From assembly GCA_965112155.1 (NCBI GenBank), contig OZ218098.1: a stretch of DNA of 64,000 bases, one strand, 5' to 3'. The DNA comes from Podarcis liolepis. Lineage: Eukaryota. The notes beneath the pieces are model-generated. The model made no database searches, was not told the origin of the DNA, and worked only from the letters and a program-made list of their open reading frames with translations. How positions within the stretch are numbered: position 1 is the stretch's first letter; each line of letters opens with the position of its first letter. The position numbers and the translations under genes were made by a program. This document shows positions 24,118-37,276 of the stretch, one piece after another.

Positions 24118-24792
24118 TAGTAAGCCCACAACTTACTCACATTTAACTTGTGCGCATTCAGCTTTATGCACTTGGCAATGAATGAATGAATGAATGAATG
24201 AATGAATGAATGAATAGGGGGCAGAAAGGGGAGGCGTGTTCAGGAAAAAGTACTTTGGCAATACCACCTGCCATTGTATATTGACTATTCTTGGTTTTAG
24301 CTTTAGGCACTGTCAGGGAACTGACATCGGAGCGAGAGGTGAAGGGGAGGCTCCCAGATGATGCTGGCGAAGGACCCAGCAGCAGGGGGAGAAACAGCTC
24401 AGTGGAGGGGGAAGCCAATCAGCGCAACACCAGGGATAAAGGGGGGCAGACGGGGGAATTGGAGAGAGGGCTCCAGGACTCTTCACTGGACATCAGTGAG
24501 GAGAGCCCAGGTCCTCTGCTACCCACTCCTTCCCTGCGCAGAAGACTCCCGCGCAGTGAGAGAAGGCGGAGACTGGGTGTCAAACAACTTTTATGTTGGA
24601 AGAGGTTCAAGAAACGCCCACTGACGGATTCTGCCAGTGACTGAGGCAGCCACAATGAGAGGGGGCTGTGCAGTCAGAAAGGTTTAACAAGGCAAATTAA
24701 CCGAGAAAGGCACCAGTTTACGCACGAGTAACTCATACCTATTACAGGCACAATCCCTGAAATGTACCCCTGTGTAAGCTGCAGGCCTACTG
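24118..24792. mobile_element. Tigger-like DNA transposon remnant hosting (GAAT)n and an LTR-like insert
   Basis: Degenerate TIRs TAGTAAGCCCACAACTTAC / GTAAGCTGCAGGCCTACTG. Confidence 0.5.
24311..24689 (+). mobile_element. Putative solo LTR
   Basis: TG...CA ends (TGTCAGGGAA...TTAACA), flanks AGGCAC/AGGCAA; related sequence on the minus strand at ~50130-50657. Confidence 0.45.
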
Positions 24793-26476
24793 TATACTGA
24801 TGTGCTGTGACTGGGTGCCAAGTTGCACAATATCCTATCATCCATCATAGTAACACATGCAGGAATGTACTGGCCGGTAGTGTGGGCTGTCACTCCTTAT
24901 CAGGGCATTAAGTACTTGCTACCACAACTCTTTAGACCACAGCTTTCCTTATCCAGTATTGTGACGCGTTAGAGTCCACCTGATTCCTGAGTGATGTAAC
25001 ACGATTGGCCGGTCCATATTGGGAGCTGCAGGTCTGCAGTTAGGCTGCCAAAGTCTAAAATAAAAATGTGCCCCCATTTTCTGTTCCTTCTCACACTATC
25101 CCCTTGGTTCACAATTCTCTGTTTTATCTGGAAATGATCCCCGGCAAGAGCTAACAAGTTAGGACAGGCTGCATTTCTCAGTTCCAGTCAACACCCCCTA
25201 CTGAAATGCAGAGGAGAAGGCCCCAGACCTTTTCTGCTGACTTGACAGCTGAACTTGGAAGAGCTAAAGTCATGTGTTCCCTGTTTGATAATTCAATCAA
25301 AACCACACTGTATCACTTATCAGTTGGCTACTGAAACCTCTGTGACCTCCCAATAAGGCTGCAAACACAATTAAAGCTCCCCTCACAAAGAATCCTGGGA
25401 ACTGTAGTTTGTTAATCACAGAGCTACAGCTCCCAGCACACTTAATCAATCACAGTTTCAAGTTTTATTTTTCCAGGGGGGGTGGTGGTGGTGCTTGAAA
25501 TGTACGCATCCATCTAGAGTCAAGCATTCCCTGTTGTCAAGGACATCTCATTAATTCTTTCCTTTTCTGCACCTTGATACTTCATTGCAAATGCATTTAG
25601 TTCGTTTGTTTTTTCTTTCTAAGACTATAACTGAGCTTAGACTTCTGAAACCAGTGTAATTTTAGGGGAGCAGTTAGTGGCGTAAACCCAGGCAGGCTGA
25701 CGCTCTTGAGTCTCCTTGCTTTGAGCCCCATCCCTGTAGCTGCTCATCGTGTGATCCTTGCCCAGTAAAACATTGTGCTCAAGGAATGCCTTCCTTTTTA
25801 GATTCACCCAGGCACTCTTGTTCCCCCTCCATTTTGACATGTTTCTCATATAGTTTGTAAAGAAGGCCAGGAATATAACTGCACACATACCCATTTCTTC
25901 TATTTCTCTCTCCTCCTTCTCCCCAGCTTCTACTACACTGCTCTTTTTAATCTGATCCAGTTCTCTGTGGGGGTGTTGGTTTGTATCATACTCAAATAAC
26001 ACCTTTTTCATTCCCCGCACCCACCCTTAACCATCCATCCTGAATAACAGTGTAGCTTGCATGGGGCCTATTAAAGAGGTTGCAACTAACTTGTGACATA
26101 AAAATATAATAACAGTTAAAAGTCACAAATGAAATGGAAAACAGTAGATATAGTTTATACACTATCCCTCAATATCAACAAGCCCCAGAAATGCAATTTT
26201 GACAAACCCCTGCTGTAACAAGTCAATACGGCCATGTTTCTCAGATCAAATAATCACAGGACCAGGCAGTTTTCTTTAAGCAAAGGTTTATCTCCACAAC
26301 TGCTGAGCTACAGCCACAAATGTCCCATCTCATGCCCCTACCAAACTTGTTTTCAAACAGGAGTACAGAAATCAACATCTCACTATGATAATTCATTCAA
26401 GTGTGGCTGTGTTCGTAGCAAAGAGCATGGTAGCAACACAGATCTAAGCTCAAAACCATTGATACATAGCACCTAC

Positions 26477-27334
26477 CTGTGGCAGGATTTTGCCTTCTTC
26501 ACAGTTGATTCCTCCAATGAAGACCATATTTGGCATCACAGGTCTGGGGTACTCAAATACAAAGTCATATCGTAAAAGCCAGACAGAGCCATTTCTGTAA
26601 AGTGTTGGTAAGTGAACGTCTCTCTGAAGGAGTTCTGAAGCAAGCTCTTGGTAAGAAATATACAGTCTCTTAAAAAGTGGCGTCTCTAAGAAGCTAATGA
26701 GCAGGTTCAACACTCGCTGGGCAAATGTCATGTGATCAGTGTGGCTGCTATAGCATCTTGGGACATAAGAAACTGGGTCAGGACATTTGCTGATAGCATT
26801 CTCTAAATTGCATGGGAATCCACGAAAGAAGTACACAGAAGGGATGGAGAGATGTTCAGCGAGGATGACTCCACATGGCAAAGCTGGATCTGTGAAAAGT
26901 GCATCAAACTGAGTCTCTTCCAGGTACTTCATGACTTCTCTGTTCCTCAGAAGGCTTTTGCAATTAATGAAAAACATCTCAACGAGATGCATTAAGCTCC
27001 TATATGCTCCCAAAATCATGGCAGGAAAAGAGACTTCATCAAAGGGCTGGTTGCCAAACGAACGGAAACGCTGGGAAAGATCATCTGCTGTATACGGCAC
27101 AGCAAATATTTTCCTTGTGTAATACTTTGATTCTTTCATGAGCAGATTAACTTCTGGAGCCACCACCACTATCTCATGCCCTCTTTCACTGAGCTTCTCC
27201 ACCACAGCACGCATGCTGAGCCAGTGGCTTCCATCCTGAGGTATCACTAGCAGCCTCTTTGCCTCTCCAAAGCAGATGAGAACAAAGACAAAACAGACAG
27301 CACTGCCATGAAAGCGAGGCACGGCGGAATCCAT
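26477..27334 (-). CDS. UGT1A6: UGT1A variable exon 1, UGT1A6-like (copy a)
   Basis: 858 bp, ATG (MDSAV) to CAG|gtaggt; [34 protein letters not shown] match mammalian UGT1A6 signature segments. Confidence 0.9.
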
Positions 27335-27567
27335 CTTCAATGACAGCCAACATTTGTTATGTAACGCTACCTTTTAAATCCTGAGCAGCGCCGTTAACCT
27401 TGGATTTACCTGCCCATAATGTTAATGATTGGTATAAAGCACAAGGTTGCTGATTAATGAGAGTCACTTCCCCCAGTGACACTGGTGAAATACTTGCACT
27501 GGATCAGTTAGAAATTTGGCCTGATTTTGTAGCTTGCACAAAATCCTCTTCAAACATGGGTGCCCAA

Positions 27568-28422
27568 GCATGTAATGCCCTAAGTGAGAATATTATGAAA
27601 ATGATGTACAGGTGGTACATGACTCCAGTCAAGCTTGCAAAAATATATCACTTGCCCGATAATAAATGTTGGAAATGTAAAGAAATTGAAGGTACATTAT
27701 TTCACCTTTGGTGGACGTGCCCAAGGATTAAGGCCTTCTGGGAAATGATATATAATGAACTGAAAAAGGTATTTAAATATACTTTCCCGAAGAAACCAGA
27801 GGCTTTCCTCCTGGGCATAGTTGGCCAATCAGTGTTAAAGAAGGATAGAACATTTTTTATGTATGCTACAGCAGCAGCAAGAATTCTCATCGCAAAGCAT
27901 TGGAAGACACAAGACCTACCCACCTTGGAAGAATGGCAGATGCAACTAATAGACTATATGGAGATGGCGGAAATGACTGGCAGAATCTGAGACCAGGGAG
28001 AAGAGTTGGTGGAAGAAGATTGGAGGAAATTTAAAACTTATTTGCAGAAATGTTGTAAAAAATTTGAATGCTGATGACATTGAAATGAATTGAAGAGGTT
28101 CTAGCAACAAGGTAAAATGTAAGATGGGATTAATAAAAGATAAACTAATAGGACATGAATTTGCTGAACCAATTTCTAAAAGGGATACAAAAACGGGAGA
28201 CGTGAGGAAGTCAGGAAAATAAGTTAATGAAAGATGAGAAACTAAGAAAGAGGGATTTTTGGTTTTTTTGTATATGTGGTTTTTTTCCCCTTTCTATTTT
28301 TGTGTTTAATGTCTGTATCTTTGTATTTTGTAACTTGTATTTTTTTTTTGTTCTATGTATTTTTCTAATTTTTTTTAAACTTTTCTATTGATAAAACTTA
28401 ATAAAATATTATAAAAAAAAAC
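27568..28422 (+). mobile_element. 5'-truncated L1-clade LINE
   Basis: ORF2 zinc knuckle CWKCKEIEGTLFHLWWTC; T-rich 3'UTR, AATAAA and A-tail; 17-bp TSD CAA(A/G)CATGGGTGCCCAA at 27551-27567 and 28423-28439. Confidence 0.9.
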
Positions 28423-29573
28423 CAAGCATGGGTGCCCAAAAGTGCTAAAATAATGTACCAGACATAGCTGGCTTCTTGTCTGGAAGTGACCTCCTTAATA
28501 CAGGATGCACTTCTTCACATGTTTGTGGCGTGATCTGCTTGCTGTTGCAAATCAATCCCTGAGGGTCAAACTGCAGGCAGCACTACTCATACATATGCTT
28601 GCATCAGCTTGCTTTGTTTACCAAGTGATATTTGACAAGCGATATGCCACATGATGTCAGTTACGTGAATGATCAAACAGGAGTAATATGAACCAACTTT
28701 ATTCAAACAAACTTGCTTTCAACTCCCCAACTTTCTCTATCCCGGGTCTGTTTCTGCTAACTCACTTCCTGGTAGCTGTTCCCCTATGTTTATCTCCCTG
28801 ACTGCTGCCCTAAACCCTCATTACTTAGTTCCATTATGCACTTGGAAGCTTCAAATCTGGAGCAGAAAGCTGCTTTCTCCATGGAGTGAGAGGCAAGCTG
28901 TGGGTCATTTTGACTGGGAAAATGGCATGTTAGTATGGCCATGTTTTAACTCCAAGTAGCTGCATATGTATGGCTGCTTTGCACAAAAATCAAAAACCAT
29001 TATGGAATTCTAACTGTCAGGTAATTTAACCTTAAGGCTGTACATTTCACTGTACTGGGCAGGGGTGGGAGAAAAGTGAGAATGAAATTTTGCCATCAGG
29101 ACCTTGGAGCCTTTGCAAAGGAGCAGATGCCAGAGGAACTGGCCATTCAAAACAGTTTCTTGCCCCCCCCCCCACTTGATTTCATCTAATTCTGGGGAAA
29201 AAAGTCATAGCCTTAAAAAAAAAAAAAGAAGAAGGCCATAGTAAAGAGGAAAGTGAGATGCTTCAGTTTTCCCAAATCAAGAATCAGAATCTGACCCAAG
29301 CTGAACAACAGAACTTCTGAATTGGGTCAGTTCAAATTGGGTTATTTCAGAAGTACTGAATCAATCAGGGTCAAACTGAATAATAAACTCCTAATTTATT
29401 TATAAATTCAACAAAACTGGTTTAGGATATACCAACAATCCTCTATTATTTTTTAATTTATTAAATTTGTATACTGCTCTCAATCAGGGCGGTTCACAGC
29501 ATTTACAAATGCAACAGTCATCTTTTGATGTCAGACCATGGATTACACTGGTTTTTAACCTGAATGTGAAATA

Positions 29574-29815
29574 CAGTGGTACCTCGGGTTACATACACTT
29601 CAGGTTACATACGCTTCAGGTTACATACTCCACTAACCTAGAAATAGTGCTTCAGGTTAAGAACTTTGCTTCAGGATGAGAACAGAAATTGTGCAGCAGC
29701 AGTGTGGCAGCAGCAGGAGGCCCCATTAGCTAAAGTAGTGCTTCAGGTTAAGAACAGTTTCAGGTTAAGAACAGACCTCCGGAACGAATTAAGTACTTAA
29801 CCCGAGGTACCACTG
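29574..29815. mobile_element. Tc1/mariner MITE, family A
   Basis: TA-flanked TIRs, near-identical to 5857-6098. Confidence 0.9.
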
Positions 29816-31426
29816 TAAAGGTTGTCTTCCTCAGTTAAAAATGCTGAAGTATGTGGTTTTCTTTTTTGTGCCCACAACTCCAGCCTAGGTAGAATAAGAA
29901 ATCCATGTAGAATGAGAACGAAGCCCACCGAGTCATCAAGTCCAACTGCTGAACGCCTGACCTACAGTAGGAATCCAACCTATACCTTATCAAAGGAATA
30001 AGTACCACAAAGGAATACAGGGCATACAACTGGAATCATTTTAGCATTTTTAAGTCAATCGTATTTATTCATTTCACGTTTATTAGTTCAGAATGTCACT
30101 GCTGTTTAGATAGGCTGTATTTCCCCTGGGGCCAAAAACCCAGTTTGCACCCCCACCCACCCACCCAAGCATTTGTGTACACACACACACACACAGGCTG
30201 GGAGCCTCTGTGGTGCCCCTCTGGAGGCTTCACCTGGGGCAAAACACCTGTCTAACCCTGCTGCCCCCCCTCTAGCTATGGCACTGCTTTAGGTACCTTT
30301 AGCATTACCATGCTTATCACAAGAGATCAGGATAGGTGTGCTCCACCTACAAAAGCCTCAAGCCCCATTACCTAATTTAATTAAGACATTTATATTTGAG
30401 CACTTTGACTGTCATTGGAGAAAGGGAGCCAGAGGTAACTGCAAAGTGGATAGATCAAGTATTATATCCTCTGTCCGTAACAAAGGAAACTGGTCATTTA
30501 AAATGTGTGTTTGCAATGGAATTTGTATGTCATTATAATTTGTATCTTCTTCATGGGAACTCTGTAGACATATCTAACGGACATTAGACTTGCAGTTTAT
30601 TAGGAATTCCAGATGTTTACCATTGCCAGAAACAGACTGGTAGCCAGTGGAGCTGCTGTAACAAGGGTCATATGCTCCTTACTACCAGCCCGTCAACAGT
30701 TTGTCTGCACCTCTTAGGGCCAGTTGAAGTTTCTGACTACATTTCAAAGGCAACCCCGCAGTAATCCACACAGGATGTAACTAAGATGTGTCATTGTGGC
30801 CAGATCAGACTACAGGAATGGGCACAGACTGTGCACAAATTTTAACTGTGCAAATTTCTGGCCACCACATGCTCAAGTCCAACCGGCTGCAACACATCCA
30901 ACAAAACATACTCCAACAGCACAATACGTCTATTCAGAATAAGTCCCATTGACCTCTCCCAGCAATTACGCAGAAGACCCTAGCAACTCTGATATAGTTT
31001 CTATGCAGCCAGTCATCCATGCAACTATAAACCAGACTTTTACCTAGTTCACAAAGTGTAATCAGAACATTCTTTTATAATATACCCCTAGCATCCTATG
31101 TGTGTTTACCTGGAAGTAAGTTTCACTGAATTAAATGTAACTTGCTCTTGAGTCGGTGTGCATAAGACTGCAACATTAGTTTTGGAGCCATGTCTTAAAT
31201 TCTATCACTTGGTGTATTCTGAACGATTTGATTTCATTTGCAATGTTATCTGGATGATGTTCCATTCATTATGGAAATAACGCAAATGTAACCCTCATGA
31301 CTGACGTTCACAATGTGCAATTTATTATTCATATCCTTTATGTGTACTATTACATGCACAAGCACTTCTTACTTAAATGCAATTTTTATCCTTAAAGAAT
31401 TTGTGAATAAAAAGTAATGGACGTAC

Positions 31427-32284
31427 CTGTGGCAGGATTTTGCCTTCTTCACAATTTATCCCTCCAATGAAGACCATACCTGGCATCACAGGTCTGGGAT
31501 ACTCAAATACAAAGTCGTACCGTAAAAGCCAGATAGAGCTATTTCTGTAAAGTGTTGGTAAGTGAACATCTCTTTGTAGAAATTCTGAAGCTATATCTTC
31601 ATACTTATTATACAGAGTTTTAAAAAGTGATGTTTCTACAGAATTGACAAACAGATTAATCACACGTTGGATGAAAGTCATTTGGTCCGTGTACCTGGTA
31701 TAGCATCTTGGGATATAGGAAGTAGGGTTTGGAGATTTACAAATCGCATGCTCTAAACTGCATGGGAATCCACGAAAGAAGTATATGGAAGGGATGGAAA
31801 GATGTTCAGCGAGGATGACTCCACATGGCAAAGCTGGGTCTGTGAAAAGCGCATCAAACTGAGTCTCTTCCAGGTACTTGATGATTTCTTTGTTCCTCAG
31901 AAGGCTGTCACAGTTGTCGAAAAACATATTTATTATATACATGTTGTTCTGATATTCTTGAAGGATTGTGTAAGGAAAAGAAACCTTACGGAAAAGGTTG
32001 GAAGCAAACTTTCGAAATCCAGCATCAAGATCTGCCTTTTTGTACGGCACTGGGTAGGTTTTCTGTTTATAATGCTTCGATTCCTTTAAGAGCAAATTAA
32101 TTTCTGGTGCCACCACTGTTACCTCATGACCCTTTTCACTGAGCTTCTTGACAACAGCATTCATGCTGAGCCAGTGGCTTCCATCTTGAGGTATCACCAG
32201 CAGCTTCCCAGCTTCAGTAAAGTTAATGATAGCAATCAGAAGCCATGCAGTCAAGTGGATAGGCCGATGGAAAAGATAAGCCAT
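31427..32284 (-). CDS. UGT1A6: UGT1A variable exon 1, UGT1A6-like (copy b, most distal)
   Basis: 858 bp, ATG to CAG|gtacgt; FRGFPCSLEH, SYIPRCYT, YQNNM match UGT1A6; HNF1-like ATTAATCATTAGT at ~32414-32426. Confidence 0.9.
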
Positions 32285-32729
32285 CTCTTCATCCAGAAAA
32301 AGTCTGTCAATAAGAGGAAACCCTTGTGTATTTCTGTATTGTGTACTTGTTTAGCGCAGGAATAAAAAACGAATCTTGCTTTAGTCTATAAGCCAGATAT
32401 TCTACCCGTCTGCATTAATCATTAGTCCAACATGATCTGCTGAAAGTTCATGGCCATGAAAGCCCTCCTGTTTGCCCTGAAAATGAAGCACCATAAGCAA
32501 TGGTGCAATGCTACAGCTCATTGATGAACTAACAAAAGGCCCTGACTAGGAAGGATCAGGAAAGGAAGCGATAGGCTAATCTGAAGCGCAAAGTAGTAAA
32601 AACAGGTTTTGTAACAGCTAGGGAAAGCTGCTGATAAGAGACATGACAGTTCAGAGACCAGATCAAAATGTGATTATAAACTGTGGTTTTGTGATAAGTC
32701 TGTAAAGGAAGGGGGGCTGGATGAGAGCC

Positions 32730-33390
32730 AACAACCTGAAGCTCAGTCTGGATAAGACTGAGGCACTGTTAGTGGGTGATTCCCTAAACCAGATGGATAG
32801 GAGGCTGCCTGCTATAGATGGGGTGCCTTCCATCAGCTTCAGCTGGTAGCCCAGCTGGGCCCCTATCTGGACAGAGACAGCCTAACTCCTGTCGTCTGTA
32901 CTCTAGTTGGTGTCTTCTTCATTAGATTATTACATGTTCAGAAACTTCAGAATTTGGCAGCTAGGTTGCTCACCAGGGCAAGATGGCTTTAGCATATTAC
33001 GCCAGTCCTGGTCCGGCTGCACTGGCTGCCAATTAGTTTCCAGGCATAATTCAAAGCACAGCTTTTGGCCTATAAAGCCTTAAACGGCTCAGGACTGCAT
33101 TTCCTCAAGGACCACGTCTCCCCATATGAACCAACCCAGACCCTGAAATCCTCATTTGAGGCCCATTTTTGTGTGCCCCCTCCATGAGATTTGTGGAATC
33201 TTTAGGCACCAGGCGAAAACGCTACTCCTTAACCAGGCCTTTGGCTGCTTGACATTCTAGGCCCTTTTAAGTGTGGGGTGGGAGTTATTGGTTTGTTTTT
33301 CTTATGTATTTTATGCTCTCATTTTGTATTTCTATGTTCTGAATCGCCCTGTGATTGATAAAGGACGGTATACAAATTGAATAAATAATA
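32730..33390 (+). mobile_element. Degenerate L2/CR1-group LINE 3' portion
   Basis: Remnant ITPVLVRLHWLPI-type ORF2 motif followed by a 3' tail. Confidence 0.65.
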
Positions 33391-33491
33391 ATTAAAACAT
33401 AGCTTATGATCACCAGTAGCAGAAACTGTGATTTTGAATGCGGGTTTAAACCATGTTTTGTGCTTACTTTGGTCGGGGGAAATATCAGAGT

Positions 33492-33646
33492 CATAGCTGT
33501 CAACTTTCAGATTTGAAAATAAGGGATCAGCAGCCTCACCTGTCCCGGAGACAGTCTACGGGATTTCTAACAATCCGGGATAGCAGCAGAAAACGGCGCT
33601 GAAATAAGGGAATTTCCCACAAAAAAGGGGAAGGTTGACAGCTATG
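33492..33646. mobile_element. hAT-type MITE
   Basis: TIR CATAGCTGTCAAC...GTTGACAGCTATG; perfect 8-bp TSD ATCAGAGT. Confidence 0.9.
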
Positions 33647-33931
33647 ATCAGAGTTGATAAGCCATAGTTCCGTCTGTTGGTCTGCCTCTGTGCTAAGAAA
33701 CTGGAGTGTTGCACAGACAAAAAGCTGTTAACTATGGACATGCTCAGAGGTTAGCTTAAACTAACCTAAGTTCTGCTGTGAAATCAGCTCAGCCCAAGGG
33801 CCAAACTACACATGACAATGGGAGATTTGACACACTGGAGATGAGATGTGTGTGTGTAAAACCTAAGCTATACTTCTCAAAGTCTGGTAATCTAAACTGG
33901 ATTTTGAGGGCTCAAGCCTCACTTCAGAGTA

Positions 33932-34293
33932 CAGTGGTGCCCCGTAAGACAAATGCATCGCAAGACGGAAAACCCGCTAGACGAAAGGGTTTTCCGTTTT
34001 TGAGCTGCTTCGCAAGACGATTTTCCCTATGGGCTTGCTTTGCAAGACGAAAACGTCTTGCGAGTGTTCCGATTTTTTTCCGCTCCCCCCCTTTTTCTAA
34101 GCCGCTAAGCCGCTAATAGCCTTTTAGCCGCTAATCCGCTAAGCCTTTAATAGCCGCTAAGCCTTTAATAGCCGCTAAACCGCTAATAGCGCTAATCCGC
34201 TAAGCCGCTAATAGGGTTGCTTCGCAAGACGAAAAAACCGCTAGACGAAGAGACTCGCGGAACGGATTAATTTCGTCTTGCGAGGCACCACTG
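33932..34293. mobile_element. Tc1/mariner MITE, family B, with an internal AGCCGCTA array
   Basis: TA|CAGTGGTGCCCCG...CGAGGCACCACTG|TA. Confidence 0.9.
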
Positions 34294-37012
34294 TAGTTGA
34301 TTGGGCTTGGTGTGCTTATGTAAAAGGAAGTAGCTCCCCAGAATAAATTAGATTGCCAGTATGGAGCACCTACAGCTAACTTGTCACTGAATGTGTATGT
34401 GTTATATGAACAATGGAGGCAGCAGGGCACATAACCTCACGGGCTATATCTTTTTTCATGTGTAGTAAATACATGGAAGCAAAGCTTTAAAAGATCTATA
34501 TAAAAGACTTTTAGTTAAGCAGTCTTCAATTTGAGTTAGTTAATGAAATTTCATGGAGTCTAGTGTGTTTTGTGTGCCATGAAAGTAGAGAGATTTCTGA
34601 CTCCTGCCTTTTCGCTCTTAAAGTGGATCTTCTGCATGATATTAGAGGGGAACTACCTACCAATTATACTAGCTAATAGGGCTGTGCATAAATAATAAAA
34701 TAAAGATATTCACCTTCGAACTCACTTTTGTTTGCTCAGATAACAGGTTGCCTCAGCATGATTTGACATTATGCGGTTTGCATCTGAGGTGAAATGTCAC
34801 CTCATTTTCTGAAGCTCCTGATTACTTCCTCCTGGACTATAATTGGAAAATTAATAAATATTTATAAACTTACAACATTTCTGATAGAATTGGATGAAAT
34901 TTGGAGCATAGTACCCATTCAGACAGAATGAAGCCTGTCAAATTTCATATTAATAGGTGGGTTTTTGTTGCTGTACAGGCCATCTTTAACATTTGTGTGT
35001 TACTTAAAGGGAAAAAGCAATTAATTTCTGTAACATTTTTATTTCTTGACAAAATTATTAGAAATAAATAGAAGTTTTTGTGCTGGGTTAGGTGCCTTTA
35101 ACATTTTTAAAGGGAAGTGACTTTCCCCCCTGTCGTCAATATTATGTGACTGCTACATCAACATACAGTGTTTTAGGGTACACAATAAAAATTAAAAATA
35201 ACCCTCCTCACTTCTAAGCCTGAAAGCTCCATCTACCTACTCTTCATGATAAAGGTGTGTTGGTCTAGATTTCTTAGCCAAGATGGCTGGCTCATCACTT
35301 TGGCTTTATTTCAAAGCAGGTTATTTTTGAGCTATTTCTAGTACGCTAGCAGGTGTCTTTCTCTCTTATGATCCCACTCTCTGCCCTTACCTGCCTGATA
35401 GGTCCAGAGGTACTGAACACAGGATTAATGCATTCATGCTTACCTCTGCATCAATTACTACAGGACAGTATTTTGTTTTTCCCATTACCATCATCTACTC
35501 CCTCTTTTCTGCATTTACTGTCCATGCACACAAGTAGTACAAGTGATACTTCCCAGTATATAAATGCAATCCTAGTCATTGCTTTCCAATGTCTTCTTTC
35601 CAAGTAAATATGCACAGGATTGGGCTGCCATGTTTTAAATACTGCCAAGGAGATAAAGAACAATACAACTTTCAGAAGACATCTGAAGGCAGCCCTGTGT
35701 TGGGAAGTTTTTAATGTTGGATGTTTTATTTTGTTTTATACATTCTGTAAGCCTCCCAGAGTGGGGAAACCACTCTTGGGCAGGATATTGTTGTTGTTGT
35801 TGTCTTTCTAATCCTGTCTGTCTTCTGTTGGCCAGCAATGATGAAGAGGACATGTCTTAAAAAGAAAGCAACTTAAAACAAACGGTGCATTAGGTAAGAC
35901 TAAATTCTTGAAGTGACTATTTTGCAAAAGAAGCCAGCAGTTTTTGTATCTGATTAATTAATATCAATTGTTCGTACAAATGGGAGCACATGACTGGTCC
36001 GGAACGTTTTGCTGCCTGAATTGAAGGGCAAAATGGCACTCTCTTCATTCATGCTGCAGAATAGGCACAAAAGTTATAGTTCTTTTAAGGTGAGCATATT
36101 TCAAAGGAACGGTATAGATAAAAGGTCCAAGAGTCCTGTCCTCTATTTACCTCTGGCTGTACTAATATCTGACTAGCAATTAAACTTTGGTTAGATATCA
36201 CATTGCTGCCTTGCATCAGGACTTTAGTATATATCTCCCTGAAATTGGATCAAATGTTAAAACAACAGACTTTGAACTGATTACCTCCCTATGGATAGGA
36301 AGAAATGCATTTAAAATTCAAGCTGATTGTGTTGATTCATGCTAGGTTAATCTGTTAACTCAATTTTATAGTGGCTGTTCTCAAGCTATATTAACTAGAA
36401 CTTGTTCATTCATCATCCTGTTCTTTATTGTTTTAAACAGCTTTTGTAAAATGTGCTAAGGTACCTTCACCTCTAAACTGGGTAAACAAGCTAGCTCCAG
36501 AGCTATCTTTTATATACAACACCCCCCCAACTGGAGATTGTTAATCAGTAAGAAATTGTACCAGAGTTCTGAGAAAAATAAAAATAAAAAGTTGCTGAAT
36601 ATTTTATATACTGTATAGAAAAAGAGATGCCCAAGTCTCAATGCTATCTAGAAACAACGTGTTCTGATCTGAAAGTCCTGGATGACTTCACTGCCATGCA
36701 ATAAGTACAGCCAAGAGCACCAAGTAGGGTGCCCCCCATCATATTTCCAATGAAGGGGCTAGGCCCTTTCAAATTTATGCGGTGAGAGAACAAGGCAGCA
36801 TGCATGGGTACAGCCAGGGCTTTTGGGGGGGGGCCATAACTTGCCAGATCTCAGTTCCAGCACTTCTCAGCTGAGTGCCATTGCCATTATAATTACTTTA
36901 CAGTAATTACTTTTTACATTTTTTTTATATTAAAGATGTCTCTTTTTTCAAGTTACATTTAGAACAAGGGTGAGTTCATGGTGAGTTCTGGCACCTCTTT
37001 TTCTAGAAAAAT

Positions 37013-37276
37013 TGTTATGTACTGAAGTTCTCACCCTGGGCCAGCAGGGGGATACTGTAGATAGTTTTCACTCAGGTCCACATATGCAAATAAGGGATTG
37101 AAAGTGGCGTTCAGTGATTGGATAGTTACAGAAAGTGGTTACTGTTGCGTTGTAGTGGAGCTCTATATAAGCAGGCTGGCTGAACCCTTTAGTTCAGTTC
37201 TGTTCTGGCCTGTGAATAAACAAGAGCTGTTTGAAGAATCGCTGTGTCGTCTGATATGTTCACCCACAACTTAACA
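37013..37276 (+). mobile_element. Solo LTR (264 bp)
   Basis: TGTTA...TAACA ends, 5-bp TSD AAAAT, TATATAA at 37164-37170, AATAAA at 37215-37220; inserted in an older repeat. Confidence 0.85.

Noticed and set aside
34095-34215. Short repeat array resembling CRISPR or telomeric repeats
   Set aside because: Internal MITE minisatellite without unique spacers; vertebrate DNA; not TTAGGG
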